Source of the DNA: Defluviitaleaceae bacterium
GTDB lineage: Bacteria; Bacillota; Clostridia; Lachnospirales; WRAX01
Assembly: GCA_009787945.1 (NCBI GenBank)
Contig: WQSI01000002.1
Location: forward strand, 1-35,479
DNA length: 35,479 bases
Direction: 5' to 3'
The position numbers and the translations under genes are program-made. This document shows, in pieces, positions 16,007 to 24,221 of this stretch. Below the pieces are notes generated by a model. It saw only the letters and a list, made by a program, of their open reading frames with translations, made no database searches and was not told the DNA's origin. Within the stretch, counting starts at the first letter, position 1. Every line of letters starts with the position of its first letter.

Positions 16007-16119
16007 GTTACACCTCATTAATATGAATCAAGTTCAAGTATTTAAGTTGAGCATTATGTCATAACATACATTATACTATTCGGTACACGATTCCCCATAC
16101 ACACACGAGATAATTTGTA

Positions 16120-16148
16120 ATTATACCATACCCCAAACATTTTCACAA
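16120..16148 (-). promoter_or_regulatory. Putative promoter of the ABC-F gene (leader of about 115 nt)
   Basis: The minus strand reads TTGTGA (16148..16143), a 17-nt spacer, then TATAAT (16125..16120). Confidence 0.4.
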
Positions 16149-16340
16149 GTTAAAATTGCCCCATGAGGCAAATTGTAAAATTTTATATGTCCCTAGGCTA
16201 CATAAGATTATCTCAAAACCAGCCAAAATCACTAAAATCAGATATTGTCGCTCTTCATTTGTATATTATTAATCTGTACCCCCCAAACAAAGGCAGCCAC
16301 TGGGTACAAAAACAATACAACTCCAAGGAGGAAAACAAAC

Positions 16341-16397
16341 ATGACAAAAACAACAATCGTGGGTAACAGCTATGTTATCACTGGTTGGATGACTTGA
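16341..16397 (+). CDS. Candidate 18-aa small ORF (MTKTTIVGNSYVITGWMT)
   Basis: A strong AAGGAGG SD (16325..16331) lies 9 nt upstream of the ATG, in an otherwise gene-free stretch. There is no other support. Confidence 0.25.
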   Translation: MTKTTIVGNSYVITGWMT

Positions 16398-16626
16398 TAA
16401 GTCGGTTGCCGTGGTCTATGTATATAACTTTCTTGATAAACATCCTCCTCAGATTTATGAATTTGTAATTTCGCTGTTTACACCACTGCTATTTCTGCGT
16501 TGTGCAGTTTTGGGCGCATTATGGATGAGTTAATCACGGCTCGTAAGGCAAATGACCCCATAGAACCCAAATAGAACCCAATTAACTGATTTCCCAGTAA
16601 ATATTTGGAAATATAAAACCCCTTGA

Positions 16627-16663
16627 ATGTTGATTTCAAGGGGTTTTGTTTACCGTGTGCATG
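16627..16663. terminator. Bidirectional intrinsic terminator (ends the tRNA-Arg transcript on the minus strand)
   Basis: CCCCTTGAA (16631..16639) pairs with TTCAAGGGG (16647..16655). It is flanked by AAAA on the left and GTTTTGTTT on the right. Confidence 0.7.
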
Positions 16664-16665
16664 AG

Positions 16666-16739
16666 GATTTGAACCCCAGACCTTCTGATCCGTAGTCAGA
16701 CGCTCTGTCCAGCTGAGCTATGCACACCCGTTTCAAACC
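16666..16739 (-). tRNA. tRNA-Arg (anticodon ACG), 74 nt, no encoded CCA
   Basis: Manual cloverleaf: acceptor GTGTGCA/TGCACAC, D arm GCTC-AGCTGGACA-GAGC, anticodon arm TCTGA-CTACGGA-TCAGA, T arm TGGGG-TTCAAAT-CCTCA, discriminator G. Confidence 0.9.
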
Positions 16740-16760
16740 ACAAAAGCTATTATAATACAT

Positions 16761-16789
16761 TCGGGCAGAAAAAGCAAGCTTTTTTTGAA
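16761..16789 (-). promoter_or_regulatory. Promoter of tRNA-Arg
   Basis: The minus strand reads TTGCTT (16789..16784), a 17-nt spacer, then TATAAT (16766..16761), about 20 nt upstream of the mature 5' end. Confidence 0.55.
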
Positions 16790-16831
16790 AAAAGTTGAAA
16801 AAATTTATGGGTTAGTTTTGGGGATGGTGGC

Positions 16832-17545
16832 TTAGTCGGCGTTTAGGAGGGTTTTTCGGGTGCTTTGTAGGGATTTTTCTGTTGGTGGTTGGGTTTGGTG
16901 CAATTTGTAGCCTAGCCCTAAAGCTTCCCATTTATGCTCCCCCATTTTGTGGAAGGGTAGGACTTGGATTCGTTTGATGTTGGGGTAGGGGCGAAGGTGG
17001 TCGGCGAGGGCTTGTATGTCCTCTGTATTATCGGTTATGCCAGGAACAAGGACATAGCGAATCCACACATCCACGCCTTTTTTGCGGGCTTGCTCTAAGG
17101 TGTTTAGGGTAGGGGAGATTTCAACCCCTGTCAGGTCGCTGTAAATTTTGGGGTTGATGCTTTTAATGTCGAGTAATATTAGGTCGGTGTAATCCAAAAT
17201 TTCTGCTACAATTTCGGGCTTTGCGTAGCCAGATGTGTCAAGGGCGGTGTGTATGCCCTCGGCTTTGGCGGCTTTTAATAATTCCAACAAAAATTTGGAT
17301 TGCAGAAGAGGTTCGCCCCCAGAAATTGTTAGACCGCCGCCAGACACTTTATGGAAATTTTTATATTTTTTCACATCTTTTATAAGTTCGCTGACGGTGG
17401 TCGGCTCGCCAGACCCCATATTCCAAGTGTCAGGGTTGTGGCAATAAAGGCAGCGCAAAGGACAGCCCGACAGGAACACAACATAACGTATACCTGGACC
17501 ATCCGTCATTCCGCCTGTTTCAATTGAATGGACAAAACCCTGCAT
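16832..17545 (-). CDS. pflA: Pyruvate formate-lyase activating enzyme
   Basis: Radical SAM motif CPLRCLYCHNPDTW and the N-terminal GGMTDGPGIRYVVF. It lies downstream of pflB. Confidence 0.95.
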   Translation of the reverse strand: MQGFVHSIETGGMTDGPGIRYVVFLSGCPLRCLYCHNPDTWNMGSGEPTTVSELIKDVKKYKNFHKVSGGGLTISGGEPLLQSKFLLELLKAAKAEGIHTALDTSGYAKPEIVAEILDYTDLILLDIKSINPKIYSDLTGVEISPTLNTLEQARKKGVDVWIRYVLVPGITDNTEDIQALADHLRPYPNIKRIQVLPFHKMGEHKWEALGLGYKLHQTQPPTEKSLQSTRKTLLNAD

Positions 17546-17603
17546 TTTTAACCTCCCACGTTATCGAATGTGCAAATTAGAAATATGCTGTGCAATGCGC
17601 AAC

Positions 17604-17646
17604 CGCAAAAACAAGCCATCGCAAATGAAGCCTGCAATGGCTTGCT
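17604..17646 (-). terminator. Partial terminator/attenuator hairpin between pflB and pflA
   Basis: On the minus strand CAAGCCAT pairs with ATGGCTTG (plus coordinates 17612..17619 and 17637..17644), followed by TTTTTG. Confidence 0.45.
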
Positions 17647-17651
17647 TTACA

Positions 17652-19901
17652 CTAAAATCGTTCAAACAATGTGCGCTCTATAATATCCATCTGCTGCTCT
17701 TTCGTAAGCTTAATAAAGTTCACGGCATAGCCTGACACGCGCACGGTGAGCTGGGGGTATTTTTCTGGATGCTCCATAGCGTCCAGCAGGGTTTCGCGGT
17801 CAAATACGTTGATGTTTATGTGGTGCCCGCCTTCGGCGAAATAGCCATCCATAAGCCCCACGAGGTTGGCTTCCCGCTCCTTTTCGGTTTTGCCTAATGC
17901 CTTAGGTACAATGGAGAAGGTGTAGGAAATGCCGTCTTGTGAGTGGGTATAGGGGAGCTTTGCGACGCTTGCCAGGGATGCCACAGCACCTTTAACGTCG
18001 CGGCCGTGCATTGGGTTTGCGCCAGGGGCAAAAGGCGCGCCTGCTTTGCGCCCGTCTGGGGTAGCACCTGTCACCCTGCCGTAAACCACATTGGAGGTAA
18101 TCGTTAAAACTGACAAAGTTGGCACAGAATTGCGGTAGGTGGGTTGTTTTGCCAATTTGGTCATAAAACTTTTCACAACGTCGCTTGCGATTTTGTCAAC
18201 TTCCTCGTCGTTATTGCCAAAGGCGGGATATTCGCCTTCGATTTCATAATCAACCACCAAACCGTCTGCATTGCGGATTGTGCGCACTTTTGCGTGTTTC
18301 ATGGCGGACAAAGAGTCTGCAACAATGGACAGCCCTGCAATTCCGCAGGCTTGGGTGCGCAAAATATGTTTATCATGGAGTGCAAGCATCATACTTTCGT
18401 AATTATATTTGTCGTGCATATAGTGGATAACGCTTAGGGTATTAATGTACAGACGCGCCAGCCAGTCCATGGTTTGCTCAAATTTGCGGCTAACTTCCTC
18501 ATAATCCAAATATTCTCCTGTGCATGGGGCAAATTCTGGACCAACTTGTTTGCCTGTTATTTCGTCACGACCGCCATTAATGGCATAGGTAAGGGCTTTT
18601 ACGAGATTTGCCCGCGCGCCGAAAAATTGTAATTGTTTGCCAGTGCGCATGGCAGAAACACAGCAGGCGATGGAATAGTCATCACCCCAATAAGGGCGCA
18701 TTAGGTCATCATTTTCGTATTGAATAGAGCTTGTGTCGATGGAGCATTTTGCGCAGTATTTCTTAAAATTCTCTGGCAGATTTTGGCTCCAAACCACAGT
18801 TAGATTAGGCTCGGGAGCTGCCCCCAGATTGTAAAGAGTGTGCAACACACGGTAAGATGTTTTGGTTACAAGAGTGCGCCCACATTCGCTCATACCGCCA
18901 ATAACCTCTGTAACCCAAGCGGGGTCGCCAGAAAATAGCTGATTATACTCATTAGTGCGCAAGAAGCGCACAATGCGGAGCTTCATGGTAAAATGGTCGA
19001 TAAGCTCTTGAGCTTCGTCCTCTGTAAGTGTTCCACGAGCCAAATCACGCTGGATATAGGCATCAAGGAAGGTTGATACACGTCCTAAAGACATTGCCGC
19101 CCCGTCAGTCTGCTTAATTGCTGCCAAATAGCCAAAATACAGCCATTGAATGGCTTCTTTAGCATTTTGTGCAGGGCGGGAAATGTCAAAACCATAACCT
19201 TTACCCATTTCCTCAAGTTGCTTTAAGGCGCGAATTTGCTCGCTTAGCTCCTCTCTAAGGCGCATGGTTTCTTCAAACATTGAAGGCGGCTCTTCATTGC
19301 ACAATTCCGCCTGTTTGTCTGCAATCAAAAAGGTTGTACCGTACAAGGCAACACGGCGGTAATCCCCGATAATGCGCCCACGTCCGTAAGCATCTGGCAA
19401 ACCAGTGATAATGCCAGAAGAGCGTGCCGCACGCATCTCGTCTGTATACACGTCAAAAACCCCTTCGTTATGGGTTTTGCGGTATTTGTTATAAATTTCA
19501 TCTGTGTCTGGGTCTAGTTTGTAGCCGTAATAATTTAAAGCGGAATTTATAACGCGTATGCCGCCATTTGGCATAATTCCACGCTTTAGGGGGGCATCCG
19601 TCTGCAAGCCTACAATCTGCTCCAAATCCCTGTTGATATATCCAGCCCCAAAAGTGTTTATAGCAGAGGGTTTTTTGGTTTCAACATCCAAAATTCCCTT
19701 TTCGGTTTCTTCTTTTACCAGCTCACTAATCTCATCCCAAAGCTTCAAAGTGCGCTGGGTTGCAGGGCGCAAAAATGCATCGTCCCCATGGTATGGCAGC
19801 AAATTTTTCTGTATAAAATCCCGCACATTAACCTCTACCATCCAAGCCCCTTCGTTGAAGCCCTCCCAGGCTTTTACAAAGTTTTCTTCTTTTTTATACA
19901 A
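17652..19901 (-). CDS. pflB: Formate C-acetyltransferase (pyruvate formate-lyase)
   Basis: Glycyl-radical motif RVSGYAV and active-site ACCVSAM, 749 aa. The only in-frame start near the N-terminus is TTG at 19901, with GAGAGG 9 nt upstream. Confidence 0.96.
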   Translation of the reverse strand: MYKKEENFVKAWEGFNEGAWMVEVNVRDFIQKNLLPYHGDDAFLRPATQRTLKLWDEISELVKEETEKGILDVETKKPSAINTFGAGYINRDLEQIVGLQTDAPLKRGIMPNGGIRVINSALNYYGYKLDPDTDEIYNKYRKTHNEGVFDVYTDEMRAARSSGIITGLPDAYGRGRIIGDYRRVALYGTTFLIADKQAELCNEEPPSMFEETMRLREELSEQIRALKQLEEMGKGYGFDISRPAQNAKEAIQWLYFGYLAAIKQTDGAAMSLGRVSTFLDAYIQRDLARGTLTEDEAQELIDHFTMKLRIVRFLRTNEYNQLFSGDPAWVTEVIGGMSECGRTLVTKTSYRVLHTLYNLGAAPEPNLTVVWSQNLPENFKKYCAKCSIDTSSIQYENDDLMRPYWGDDYSIACCVSAMRTGKQLQFFGARANLVKALTYAINGGRDEITGKQVGPEFAPCTGEYLDYEEVSRKFEQTMDWLARLYINTLSVIHYMHDKYNYESMMLALHDKHILRTQACGIAGLSIVADSLSAMKHAKVRTIRNADGLVVDYEIEGEYPAFGNNDEEVDKIASDVVKSFMTKLAKQPTYRNSVPTLSVLTITSNVVYGRVTGATPDGRKAGAPFAPGANPMHGRDVKGAVASLASVAKLPYTHSQDGISYTFSIVPKALGKTEKEREANLVGLMDGYFAEGGHHININVFDRETLLDAMEHPEKYPQLTVRVSGYAVNFIKLTKEQQMDIIERTLFERF

Positions 19902-19936
19902 ACAAATCCCGCCTCTCTAAAATAATCTTTGATATT

Positions 19937-19965
19937 AATATAACATTTTGTGGCTAAAAACGCAA
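19937..19965 (-). promoter_or_regulatory. Putative pflB promoter
   Basis: The minus strand reads TTGCGT (19965..19960), a 17-nt spacer, then TATATT (19942..19937), with an extended TG (TGtTATATT). Confidence 0.4.
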
Positions 19966-19970
19966 TAGGG

Positions 19971-21524
19971 TTATTGGAAAATTTTATATAGCCCTGTTAC
20001 TGGGTCTTGGGTTTTGCTATCAACATAAACCCCTGTACCATTGGGCAAAATTGCCACTTCAGTACGGCGTAATTTGCGATGGAGAGCGGCTTCTGCCCCT
20101 TTGCGTATTTGGTCTAGCTGCTGTTTATTGCCCAATTTCAGGAATAACGGCATATTCGAGCCTTTTACCATAGACAACCAGTCACAAATCATGCGCTCTT
20201 TTAGTGTGCTATCATCGACCCCATCCAAGCCCGCAAAACAGTTATAAATATCCTCCGCATAGTCTGCCAAGGCTCTGCCATCTTTTTGGGCAAATTCCCC
20301 AAAACCACGGTATAAAGCGAAAGGGCGCAAGCCAGATGCCGACAGCACATACTGTAAGGTGGATAAAAAATGACCCTTGTTATAGATGTTTTGTAAGGCG
20401 TTTTCGGTTTTTTTAAGCGCGTCCAAGTCGTCAGCGGATAGCCAAGGGCTGCTTGTTATTTCATAAGGCGGCTCTGGGTCAAAAATTATGGACTTTTCAT
20501 GGTTGCGCAAAGCCGAGCCATGAAGCATTTTCAAAAAGCCAAGTTGCAGCTTGTGAGCCCCAATTTCATAGGCTTGGTTAAAGCTTTCAGCAAAAATGCC
20601 AAGGGTTTCGTGGGGCAAGCCTGCGATTAGGTCAAGATGTATATGTACATTGCCGTTCTCCATAAGCTTGCGGATGTTTTCTGACGCTTTGTTAAGGTCA
20701 GATTTGCGCTTGCTGGCTTCCAAGGTAGGTTTGAAAAAACTTTGCAAGCCCGCCTCAATTTGAAAAAGCCCTGCGGGGGCGGCGGCAAGGAGGTTTATTG
20801 TCCTCTCATCAAACAAATCTGCCGCAACCTCAAAGTGAAAGCGGTTTGACCCGTCTAAAGACATCATATATTCAATAAGCTCATAAGCGCGCTGTTTGTC
20901 ACAGTTGAATGTGCGGTCCACAAATTTGATGACACGAACATGGGCAGATGCCAACTTGGCAATTTGCGCCTTGGCTTCATCTATTGGCAAAAACTCCACA
21001 CGGCTGTCCCCAGAAAGGCAGAAAGCGCAGGAAAATGGACATCCTCGCGAGGTTTCTATATAGGCGATTTTGCCCCTCAGGGCATCTATATATTCGGGAG
21101 TGAAAGGGTCAACAAAGCAACTGCCCCCTTCGGCTTCGCCACCATCAAGAAACGCGGGAAAAGCCTTTTCACCTGCCCCTTTCAGCACATGGTCCGCCCC
21201 CGCAGACAGCCAATAGTCTGCGTTAAAGCTGGCTTCTGGCCCGCCCAACACAAAAACGGCTTGAGGCAACATCTCCCGCATCATTTGCAAAATCTTTGGT
21301 ATTTTGCCAGCGTTCCATATATATGTAGAAACTCCGACAACATTTGGATTTTGTGCTGCAACCTGTGCCACAATTTCCTCATCAGATTGGTTGATATTGC
21401 ACTCTAAAACCGTTACATCCTGGGCTTTTTGGGCAAAGCGCGCGACACTTTCTTTAAGTTGCCACACAGCAAGGGTGGAGTGGACATATTTTGAGTTTAA
21501 AGCCAAAAGAACAACCCTATTCAT
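19971..21524 (-). CDS. B12-binding-domain radical SAM protein (DUF4080-type)
   Basis: It has the SRGCPFSCAFC cluster motif and an N-terminal B12-binding-like region (VVLLALNSKYVHSTLAVW). I chose the ATG at 21524, which overlaps the upstream GNAT stop by 8 nt. The track start at 21632 would lie inside the GNAT gene. Confidence 0.82.
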   Translation of the reverse strand: MNRVVLLALNSKYVHSTLAVWQLKESVARFAQKAQDVTVLECNINQSDEEIVAQVAAQNPNVVGVSTYIWNAGKIPKILQMMREMLPQAVFVLGGPEASFNADYWLSAGADHVLKGAGEKAFPAFLDGGEAEGGSCFVDPFTPEYIDALRGKIAYIETSRGCPFSCAFCLSGDSRVEFLPIDEAKAQIAKLASAHVRVIKFVDRTFNCDKQRAYELIEYMMSLDGSNRFHFEVAADLFDERTINLLAAAPAGLFQIEAGLQSFFKPTLEASKRKSDLNKASENIRKLMENGNVHIHLDLIAGLPHETLGIFAESFNQAYEIGAHKLQLGFLKMLHGSALRNHEKSIIFDPEPPYEITSSPWLSADDLDALKKTENALQNIYNKGHFLSTLQYVLSASGLRPFALYRGFGEFAQKDGRALADYAEDIYNCFAGLDGVDDSTLKERMICDWLSMVKGSNMPLFLKLGNKQQLDQIRKGAEAALHRKLRRTEVAILPNGTGVYVDSKTQDPVTGLYKIFQ

Positions 21525-22029
21525 TTGCCAAATCCCATTCAAAAATGTTAAACCGTCTTTCGCCTTTCTTGTAAAGGTCGTGCCATTCGGGAACGTCCAC
21601 AACCCGCACCAGGCGCAAGCCCAGTTTTTCACACACCCGCGCAGATGGGCGATTTTCCACGTTGTTGCTGATTATTAGCTTCTCCATGCCATGAAATTTT
21701 GCCACATGGGCAAGCAAAGCCACAGCGCGGGCGCAGTAACCCTTGCCACGGTAAGCTTCGTCCACCTCATAGCCAATTTGCCCGCCATAATACAGGGAGT
21801 CGGTGTAGCCTATGCGAAAGCTCATTCCGCCTGCTTTTTCACCATCGACCATTATAGAAAACTCATAGGATGGCACCCACTTTTTCTCGGGGATAGCATC
21901 TTTTCTGGCGGTGCATATAACAGACAACTCCTTGTCCGCCAAACCCGACATATCTTCCATGAAACCATCAAAAACCACAGGCAATTTATTGTAATAGTCT
22001 ATTTCTTGCGTAATATCATCAAAAACCAT
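21517..22029 (-). CDS. GNAT family N-acetyltransferase (paralog 1)
   Basis: It has the YRGKGY...AVAL motif A region and NVENRPSARVCEKLG. It aligns over its full length with 22239..22706. GGAGGA SD. Confidence 0.8.
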   Translation of the reverse strand: MVFDDITQEIDYYNKLPVVFDGFMEDMSGLADKELSVICTARKDAIPEKKWVPSYEFSIMVDGEKAGGMSFRIGYTDSLYYGGQIGYEVDEAYRGKGYCARAVALLAHVAKFHGMEKLIISNNVENRPSARVCEKLGLRLVRVVDVPEWHDLYKKGERRFNIFEWDLANE

Positions 22030-22032
22030 GTA

Positions 22033-22080
22033 TTATTCCTCCAAATTCCATTCAAAAATATTAACTTTTTAGTAAAGCTT
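22033..22080 (-). pseudogene. Relic 3' end of a third GNAT paralog
   Basis: Minus-strand translation gives K-VNIFEWNLEE-stop, matching the C-termini FNIFEWDLANE and LNIYEWDLEGGL. An upstream in-frame stop and a deletion relative to the intact copies are visible. Confidence 0.5.
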
Positions 22081-22122
22081 GCGCTAATTTATTACGATAA
22101 ACTAATAATTTCACACAACCCC

Positions 22123-22203
22123 GTAGGGGCGCATATTATGCGCCCGCTGTCCGACAAACGGAATACCTTTGTCCAGCAACGGGCGCATAATATGCGCCCC
22201 CAC
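22123..22203. repeat. Palindromic intergenic repeat, second full two-arm copy
   Basis: Arm 22123..22145 is identical to 3707..3729. Arm 22181..22203 differs from 3777..3799 at one base. The centre carries CCGACAAACGG and GACAAA/TTTGTC pairing. Confidence 0.85.
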
Positions 22204-22238
22204 ATTGGATAACGATGACATAGGTGAGTTGGGAAATG

Positions 22239-22706
22239 CTACAAGCCACCCTCCAAATCCCACTCATAAATATTCAGCTTGCGGCAGCCAGAATTATATA
22301 AATCTTCAACCCATTCTGGCACATCCACCGTTTTAATCAATTTTAAGTCCAATTTCTCACAAACTCTCCGAGATGCTTGGTTTTCCACATTATTTGACGC
22401 ATACAGCTTCGTCATGCCGTGAAACCTTGCAACGGGCGCAATCAAAGCAACGGCGCGGTAGGCATAACCCTTGCCGCGGTGTTCTTCCCATACATCATAC
22501 CCAATTTGTCCTTTATATTCCAAATCCCCAGAATATCCCACACGAAAGTTAACATTCCCCACCGTTTCTCCGCCTACAATGATGGCGAAGTCGTAGTAAG
22601 GCGTCCAGCCCTTTACAGGGTCCTCGGGAACTTTCGCAACACAGGCTAGGGACAGCTCGCAATCCACCATAGGCGGTATATTTTCCATAAAACCATTAAA
22701 TTCCAT
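22239..22706 (-). CDS. GNAT family N-acetyltransferase (paralog 2)
   Basis: It has HRGKGYAYRAVAL and NVENQASRRVCEKLD motifs, 155 aa. Confidence 0.8.
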   Translation of the reverse strand: MEFNGFMENIPPMVDCELSLACVAKVPEDPVKGWTPYYDFAIIVGGETVGNVNFRVGYSGDLEYKGQIGYDVWEEHRGKGYAYRAVALIAPVARFHGMTKLYASNNVENQASRRVCEKLDLKLIKTVDVPEWVEDLYNSGCRKLNIYEWDLEGGL

Positions 22707-22720
22707 TATAACACCCCATT

Positions 22721-22758
22721 ATAAAATACGGCTGAACCACATAGAATCAGCCGTATTT
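22721..22758 (-). terminator. Intrinsic terminator after the PrsA-like gene
   Basis: AATACGGCTGA (22725..22735) pairs with TCAGCCGTATT (22747..22757). On the minus strand it is followed by TTTATAAT. Confidence 0.65.
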
Positions 22759-22768
22759 CACTTTTTAT

Positions 22769-23815
22769 TTACTCACAGCAATCTCCCAAAGAAACTCCAC
22801 TTAAAGCAGGTAAGAATACGAAATCGGCATTTTCCGTTCTTTCTTCAAGACCTCTGAAAACACCTTCCGCCATTCTGGCTTCAAGGGTTGCTGGCGAACC
22901 TTCTGGCGTTGAGATGAGTATATGCTTTGCCCCTAGCAATTCCATGCCTTCTTCTGCCACTCCAATCATCAGGTTGTCTGGATTCGGCTCAACCCGTTTG
23001 ATGATGTGGAAGCCAAACTGGGTTTGGACAATATCGCTAATCTCCATAATTTCCAGCAGCACAAGGGCATCTTCAAATTCTGAAACCATTGTACCAGGCG
23101 TAAATGTGTAGCCATCTGGCTGGGCAACCGCCCCTGGGTCTTGCCCATAGGTTGCCACAAGGGTGCTAAAATCCTCCCCGCTTCTTGCTCTTTCCAACAA
23201 CTCTTCAGCTTGAAGGGCAGCGGCGGCAAATATATCTTCTGCCATATATTCGTCAAACCCGAAATATTCAAATCGCGAAGGGTTGTCAACAAAATAGTCC
23301 ACCATATGTTCTAGGCGTATTTGAGTGCCATAAAGTGCCAACAAATGGTCTACCCCGCGGAATCCGTCGGAGCGCAGGGCTTCATCCAACTGTTCTGCTG
23401 TCATAAAGCTTAAAAGCTCATCGTGATAATTTTGTAGGTTCTCTCGGTCTTGTGCTGCCAAATGGATATTTAGGTCATCAGCCCAGGTTTCAGAAACAGT
23501 GAAGAATGCTGCAAGCCGCACCGCTTCCCTGCGAACAGCATCGCCAAAGGACACGCCAGGCTCAAATTCGTTTTCAAAATCAATTTCAAAATCACCAAAC
23601 ATTGTAAAATGGTCCCATGCCAAAATTTCCAGGCTTTGGGAAATAAAAATCTCCACATTGGCTTCATAAACATTTGCGCCATTTACTGTTGCAACCACTT
23701 CTCCGCGGTCTGTCCAGGTTTCCTCGTTGGACCTAGAAGCGTTACACGCCCCAAAAAACAAAGCACAGCAGGCAGCCGTTGCCACAAAAAGCATTTTTTT
23801 GCCGAATTTTTTCAT
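22769..23815 (-). CDS. PrsA/SurA-like peptidyl-prolyl isomerase lipoprotein
   Basis: Signal peptide with lipobox FGAC. A parvulin-type region ends in TQFGFHIIKR, with a SurA-N-like helical N-terminal part. Confidence 0.72.
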   Translation of the reverse strand: MKKFGKKMLFVATAACCALFFGACNASRSNEETWTDRGEVVATVNGANVYEANVEIFISQSLEILAWDHFTMFGDFEIDFENEFEPGVSFGDAVRREAVRLAAFFTVSETWADDLNIHLAAQDRENLQNYHDELLSFMTAEQLDEALRSDGFRGVDHLLALYGTQIRLEHMVDYFVDNPSRFEYFGFDEYMAEDIFAAAALQAEELLERARSGEDFSTLVATYGQDPGAVAQPDGYTFTPGTMVSEFEDALVLLEIMEISDIVQTQFGFHIIKRVEPNPDNLMIGVAEEGMELLGAKHILISTPEGSPATLEARMAEGVFRGLEERTENADFVFLPALSGVSLGDCCE

Positions 23816-23859
23816 AATTTACCTCCAAATTTTTATAGCAGATATATGTAATTTTGTTC

Positions 23860-23888
23860 ATTTTAACACAGTAAAACTTGGTTGGCAA
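23860..23888 (-). promoter_or_regulatory. Promoter of the PrsA-like gene
   Basis: The minus strand reads TTGCCA (23888..23883), a 17-nt spacer, then TAAAAT (23865..23860), with extended TG (TGtTAAAAT). Confidence 0.5.
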
Positions 23889-24114
23889 GCATAATTTTTC
23901 CATAAAATTAACCTTTTTATTATTAAAAATTTGTTACAGGATGGTCTGTTTGCAATTCAAGCTATTCTGTATCATGGTCAACTGGCAATAATAAGAATAT
24001 TTGGGTCACATTCCTATGAAAGGCACTTTTTGAAACAAAGATGTTTCTTAAAAATTTTATGGAGGTTTTGTAACATAATTGTAACACAATTAATAAAAAT
24101 TAATAAAAAAGTGC

Positions 24115-24143
24115 TTGCATTTTTTTATAAGTCGTGTTATTCT
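24115..24143 (+). promoter_or_regulatory. Putative promoter of the peptide ABC operon
   Basis: TTGCAT (24115..24120), a 17-nt spacer, then TATTCT (24138..24143), with extended TG and AT-rich upstream tracts. Confidence 0.35.
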
Positions 24144-24221
24144 GTTTATGCTACATACAATAGGCATGTTGCAAACAGATTAAAGGATTTGCAAATGCCT
24201 CAAATTTAAGGAGGTAAAAAA

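Noticed and set aside
16054-16098. 14-codon upstream ORF (MGNRVPNSIMYVMT) in the putative ABC-F leader, reminiscent of the leader peptides of antibiotic-resistance ABC-F genes.
   Set aside because: It has no SD, and I could not find convincing alternative terminator/antiterminator hairpins. The leader assignment itself depends on an unverified promoter.
16163-16366. 67-aa ORF in the tRNA-flanking gap.
   Set aside because: It has no SD, a low-complexity Lys/Asn-rich sequence, and it ends by overlapping the SD of the small ORF. It is probably non-coding.
16411-16533. Possible 40-aa hydrophobic ORF from a GTG start (MVYVYNFLDKHPPQIYEFVISLFTPLLFLRCAVLGALWMS), and the minus-strand 21-codon ORF starting at 16443.
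   Set aside because: The first has no SD. The second has the ATG fused directly to GAGGAGG with zero spacing. Neither can be supported from sequence alone.
21691-22212. 173-aa plus-strand ORF ending in GAHIMRPLSDKR...
   Set aside because: It runs antisense to GNAT paralog 1 and then reads through the relic and the repeat element. It has no SD and its composition is typical of an antisense shadow ORF.
22769-23815. Apparent reversed order of parvulin motifs in the PrsA-like protein: FGFHIIKR precedes GAKHILIS. This could suggest circular permutation or a truncated second PPIase domain.
   Set aside because: It cannot be judged without an HMM or structural alignment. The KHILIS segment may simply be the start of a degenerate second domain or part of the PrsA C-terminal region.
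23893-23909. AATTTTTCCATAAAATT inverted repeat resembling a CodY box (AATTTTCWGAAAATT), between the PrsA-like and peptide-transporter genes.
   Set aside because: The spacing between half-sites is 5 nt rather than 3, and about 5 mismatches appear in any 15-mer register. This is too weak to call without a position weight matrix (PWM) score.
24161-24200. Two TTGCAA palindromic hexamers upstream of the binding-protein gene, as a possible operator.
   Set aside because: A short, AT-rich hexamer is expected by chance in a region of this composition, and there is no extended dyad symmetry.
23931-24209. 92-aa ORF in the intergenic region upstream of the peptide ABC operon.
   Set aside because: It is an AT-rich promoter region with no SD, and the ORF overlaps the predicted promoter and SD of the binding-protein gene.
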